This document shows, one piece after another, positions 60,401 through 64,000 of a stretch of DNA of 64,000 nucleotides. The notes under the pieces are model-generated. The model was not told the DNA's origin, made no database searches, and saw only the letters and a program-made list of their open reading frames with translations. The stretch is from Phoronis australis. Its lineage: Eukaryota > Animalia > Phoronida. The DNA lies in contig NMRA01000810.1 of assembly GCA_002633005.1 (NCBI GenBank), forward strand, positions 62,001-126,000, in the 5' to 3' direction. A program made the position numbers and the translations under genes. Position 1 is the first letter of the stretch, and each line of letters begins with the position of its first letter.

Positions 60401-63400
60401 TTGATTTTAAAATGTAGAAATCGATTAGAAAGTTTAATTAGATACAATTCTGCCCAATTTCTTAAGAATCGTGGCAAGCACGTTAGTGTGGCCAGCAACG
60501 ACGGCCCAGTGCTACTCGGTAGTCGTCTGGTGCTGTGAAAAAATCAGGAATATCGTTGAAAGTTTACTATAAAATGATGCATTATGTCGTTAATTTAATA
60601 CATTTCAGATTGGAAGTAATATTTTATAGTGATGTACATGTGCTGCAAACGTTTCAGCTAAAAGTGTGTATGGAAAGTGCGATTTGGGCAAACAAACGAC
60701 CGTACGGACTCGCCCGAGTCAACTGTACGGACTCGTCACGAGTAGACCTTTGAAATCTGCGCGAACAAGCCAGTGAGCAGGTTAAGAATTGGTCAAATTT
60801 TAACCCGAATAGACCGTTGAACTTGATAATCACCAACAGCTTTCAAAGAGTATAGTCCCATACTAGGTTACTTAAGAAAGATTGGTTGTATTTGAAAATG
60901 GTGTGTAAAGTGATAACACAGACAAGAAGTGTTAGGCCATTGTGGTTGGCCATTTGGGCGGAGTGAAATCGCTGTAAATGCATTTTACACTTTTTCCGAT
61001 CAACCAACTGACTTCAAGTGCTGTTACTGCTGTGTTGACACAGATCATTTTGTTGAAGTAATTGGCCACGGTATCGCAGATCACGGCGATCAAGTACAAA
61101 TGATTTGATATCTAACATTGCATGAACACAGCGGTTTGGGATGTTTCAGCGTAAAAAATATAGGCGCATACCATGCGCACAGCCAGACAAAAAAATGGGG
61201 GTGCTAGAATTTCAGAAAATGTGTACATTTTACTAAGATTCACGAGGTACGTTCAGAGCTATGAATTGTGCATTCGCCAAATTTTGGTAGTTACTGCCTC
61301 CTGTCTCGACTTTTACTTTTTCGGAGTTTTTGTTTCTCAGAGACCGATACAAACTTTTACACGGAAAATTTTTGAGATTCACTCCATCCATGCGTTTGTA
61401 ATTGAAAGAATGTATACACAAAATGTGTGGCATTTTGTCACTGAGGTTTAGTTCCACTCAGAAAGGACGTGAACTGGCGTTGGAGAAGTTCAAAGAAATG
61501 AGGGGTCCTACATTCCAAATGTGGAGATCGGTGTAACGAGTCTTTCTCGTACCGTGCGGTCTGTCGTATATGACTTTTAAATAGTTCCTCCAGTTTGAAG
61601 TCTTTGCAATAGTCGGCCAATTTTAAAGTTTATTGTTGGGCAATTTACGTGGTTTACGCCGTAGAAACCAACAAATCTAATTTACTTCTAGGAGCTATAG
61701 TCTGTGCAGTAAATCGGACAGCAGCAAGTTTTTAGCCGGGAATCCGATTGCAGAGTCATTTGACATTGTTTATTAGGATACTGGTTTATATGTATAGAAT
61801 TGAGTTTCTTTCTGCAAGTATTGATGCATAATTAGACCACAACAATAGGTTGAAAACACAACCGGCTCAATGCGAAACCGTACAGTTGCTCATGACGAGT
61901 TCGGACAGTCACAGTACGCGAAACTCGAGTATGATGAGTCCGTACAGATATTTTGAGAATAGGTGTCATAAAATGCCACATAACTTTAGCTACAAATTAC
62001 AAATATCAACTATACTTCTCACGCGCGTTTTCTATAGTTACATGGGTCGTGCTCAAACGCAAAAAAATATAAACAACAACAAATGAAAAAAATGACACTT
62101 GAGTTTATCGTTTTGTAAACAGTATAGAGACCGTCCCTATTAATATAATTAAGGTCACATTCAACGATTACTCTTCCACTTAGTGCATGCCAGCAGTTGC
62201 ACAAAGAAACGTGTAACAAGGTAAACGATGTCATGAAGTGCGCCTTGTTCGGGAATTTTTGCCAATTTTGCTCATGAATACGCGGTACTCCTCATGACCA
62301 GTCCAAACGCATAATACAGGTCCCCACACAGTGTTTATGTTGCTTTGGGTTGAGAAGATTTTTCATGTCCACGGGCTTGAACATTACGTCAAAAACATGA
62401 TTGAATGTCAAAGATTTTTATTAGTGAATTTGCTTCACCTTGCAACGTGTCATAGATGGACATTGTATCAGCGGTTTACTCAATACTTTTATGCCGAAAT
62501 TACTACAGTTGAGCTTGCCCAAACTAAATTCTAATCATATTAAACATTGACAGCAAGCGAATTTACTGATTTTGAAATTGCAAAATAAGTTTCACGGCAA
62601 TCCTGTTTCGTGTGCAACAAGTTCGTAACTGCTAAATCATGATGAACCAAACCCAATTAGTAGGAAAAGTCCGTGAGTATTACAACACATGACTGATATC
62701 CTCAAAAAACGACCAAAAAGCTAGCGACTTCGCTAGCTCTTGTTCGCCAAGAGCAAAATGGTCATTGATGTGAACGGTTTTAAGTGCCACTTACACTGAC
62801 GACGGTTTGAGTTACGCCAAAGCTGGTTGTGTTTTCGCTAGCATGTCGTAGACAGACAACATAGTTTACTTCAAAAGACAAACCTGAGCAGGGGCATTTT
62901 TCTTTCCTTGTCCACTTTTACTCTTTTTGCCCACACAACACAACACACCACACCGCAACACAATGTAGCACGAAACATAATAATAATCTAAGGTTATGCA
63001 GGACCCTATAAAAATGACCAAATTTGGCTGATCTTAGAAAACCATATTTCAGAAAAGACTTATTGGATTCATATAACACGTTCATTTCCATGTAGTATTC
63101 AAAAACGCCGTTAGGACTAGTTTTTAAAATGTTTCACTTTCGCATGAGGGATTACCAAAATAAAAATTTTACGATGTTCATAAAAATTCTTTAAATTTTC
63201 ATAAAACTAAAACGAAATGATATCTTAGAAATCTGAAACCTTAAGAACTTTCCGTTGAAAATAGAAATCCATATGTTCGCAAGAGGTAACCAAATTCCGT
63301 GTTACTAAAAGCGGAATTTTACATTTTGGGAAAATATCCAAACCAGAATACACAGTTTCAAACTCATTCATTCAACGAATCTCTTGAAGAAGACTATAAC

Positions 63401-64000
63401 AAACAATGGGAAATTTTCATCCGTCTTTTTGGAGATCGTACTGATTATTTTATGTGTACTTGAATATTTTTTCCTTTTTAGGTTCCACTATACCGTACGC
63501 GGTTCTTTTATTGAATAAGAGGAAATATTGCGAAACGAAATCAATAAACTTAAAATACCGTCCCTCCGCAGTACGACAGCCGTCATCACAAGATAGGCTT
63601 ACATGCTAAGTGAAATTCTAACATCCGGTTATTATTTTTAATCGACCTCGAAGTCATGTCAAACACGATTTTGTCTAGCAACCGCGAAACAGTCAAACCA
63701 GTATATCTTGTGCAACCAATGGTTACTGCAGTCATAAAATATGAGACTACAAAAAGAAATACTCGTAACAATACTCGTAAACGCTACCTCTTACGTTAGA
63801 TGAATTTCAATGTAGGCAGAGTCCCTTAAGTCACAGAACAATCTTCTACAAAATCATGAAACTTCAAATCATGGCAGTGTTACAAGTTTATTAAAATAAA
63901 CAACTTAAACATTTGTCACCGGTTGGAACTAACTACCACCAAACATCTAACTAATAGTTCATGATTCATTCTATCTATATACATGTATAACAATACAAGG

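Noticed and set aside
59920-61620. Short ORFs that might be exons of another gene or the missing 5' exons of copy 2
   Set aside because: They have no PAN or CTHRC1 motifs and no convincing chain of splice sites.

Overview
AT-rich, repeat-dense, intron-rich animal DNA, most like a marine invertebrate. It comes from a draft assembly with two N-gaps (34587-35078, 52175-52937) and three single-N contig joins (18147, 37778, 51441). Nearly all ORFs in the supplied track are spurious. The real coding content is a minus-strand spliced gene, reconstructed by hand from GT-AG sites and compatible intron phases. It encodes a signal peptide, a PAN/apple domain and tandem CTHRC1-type C-terminal domains, with no collagen Gly-X-Y helix. 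Exons for the signal peptide/PAN and domains 1-2 lie at 22160 down to 596. A second copy of the domain-2 end, followed by a third domain with the natural stop, lies at 44289 down to 37363, and its linker exon carries an in-frame TAA. The joined model is about 542 aa. Two long near-identical duplications (about 14355-18146 vs 18218-21987, and about 75-10330 vs 43610-51440) end at contig joins, so they may be uncollapsed haplotypes of one gene rather than paralogues. Comparing the copies shows (i) amino-acid-changing substitutions concentrated in the domain exons, and (ii) repeated TA to TACATGTA or TACAGTA indels that look like Tc1/mariner excision footprints. The rest is non-autonomous DNA transposons (hAT-, Kolobok-, Helentron/HINE-, ISL2EU- and Harbinger-like), THAP-domain relics and SINE heads.
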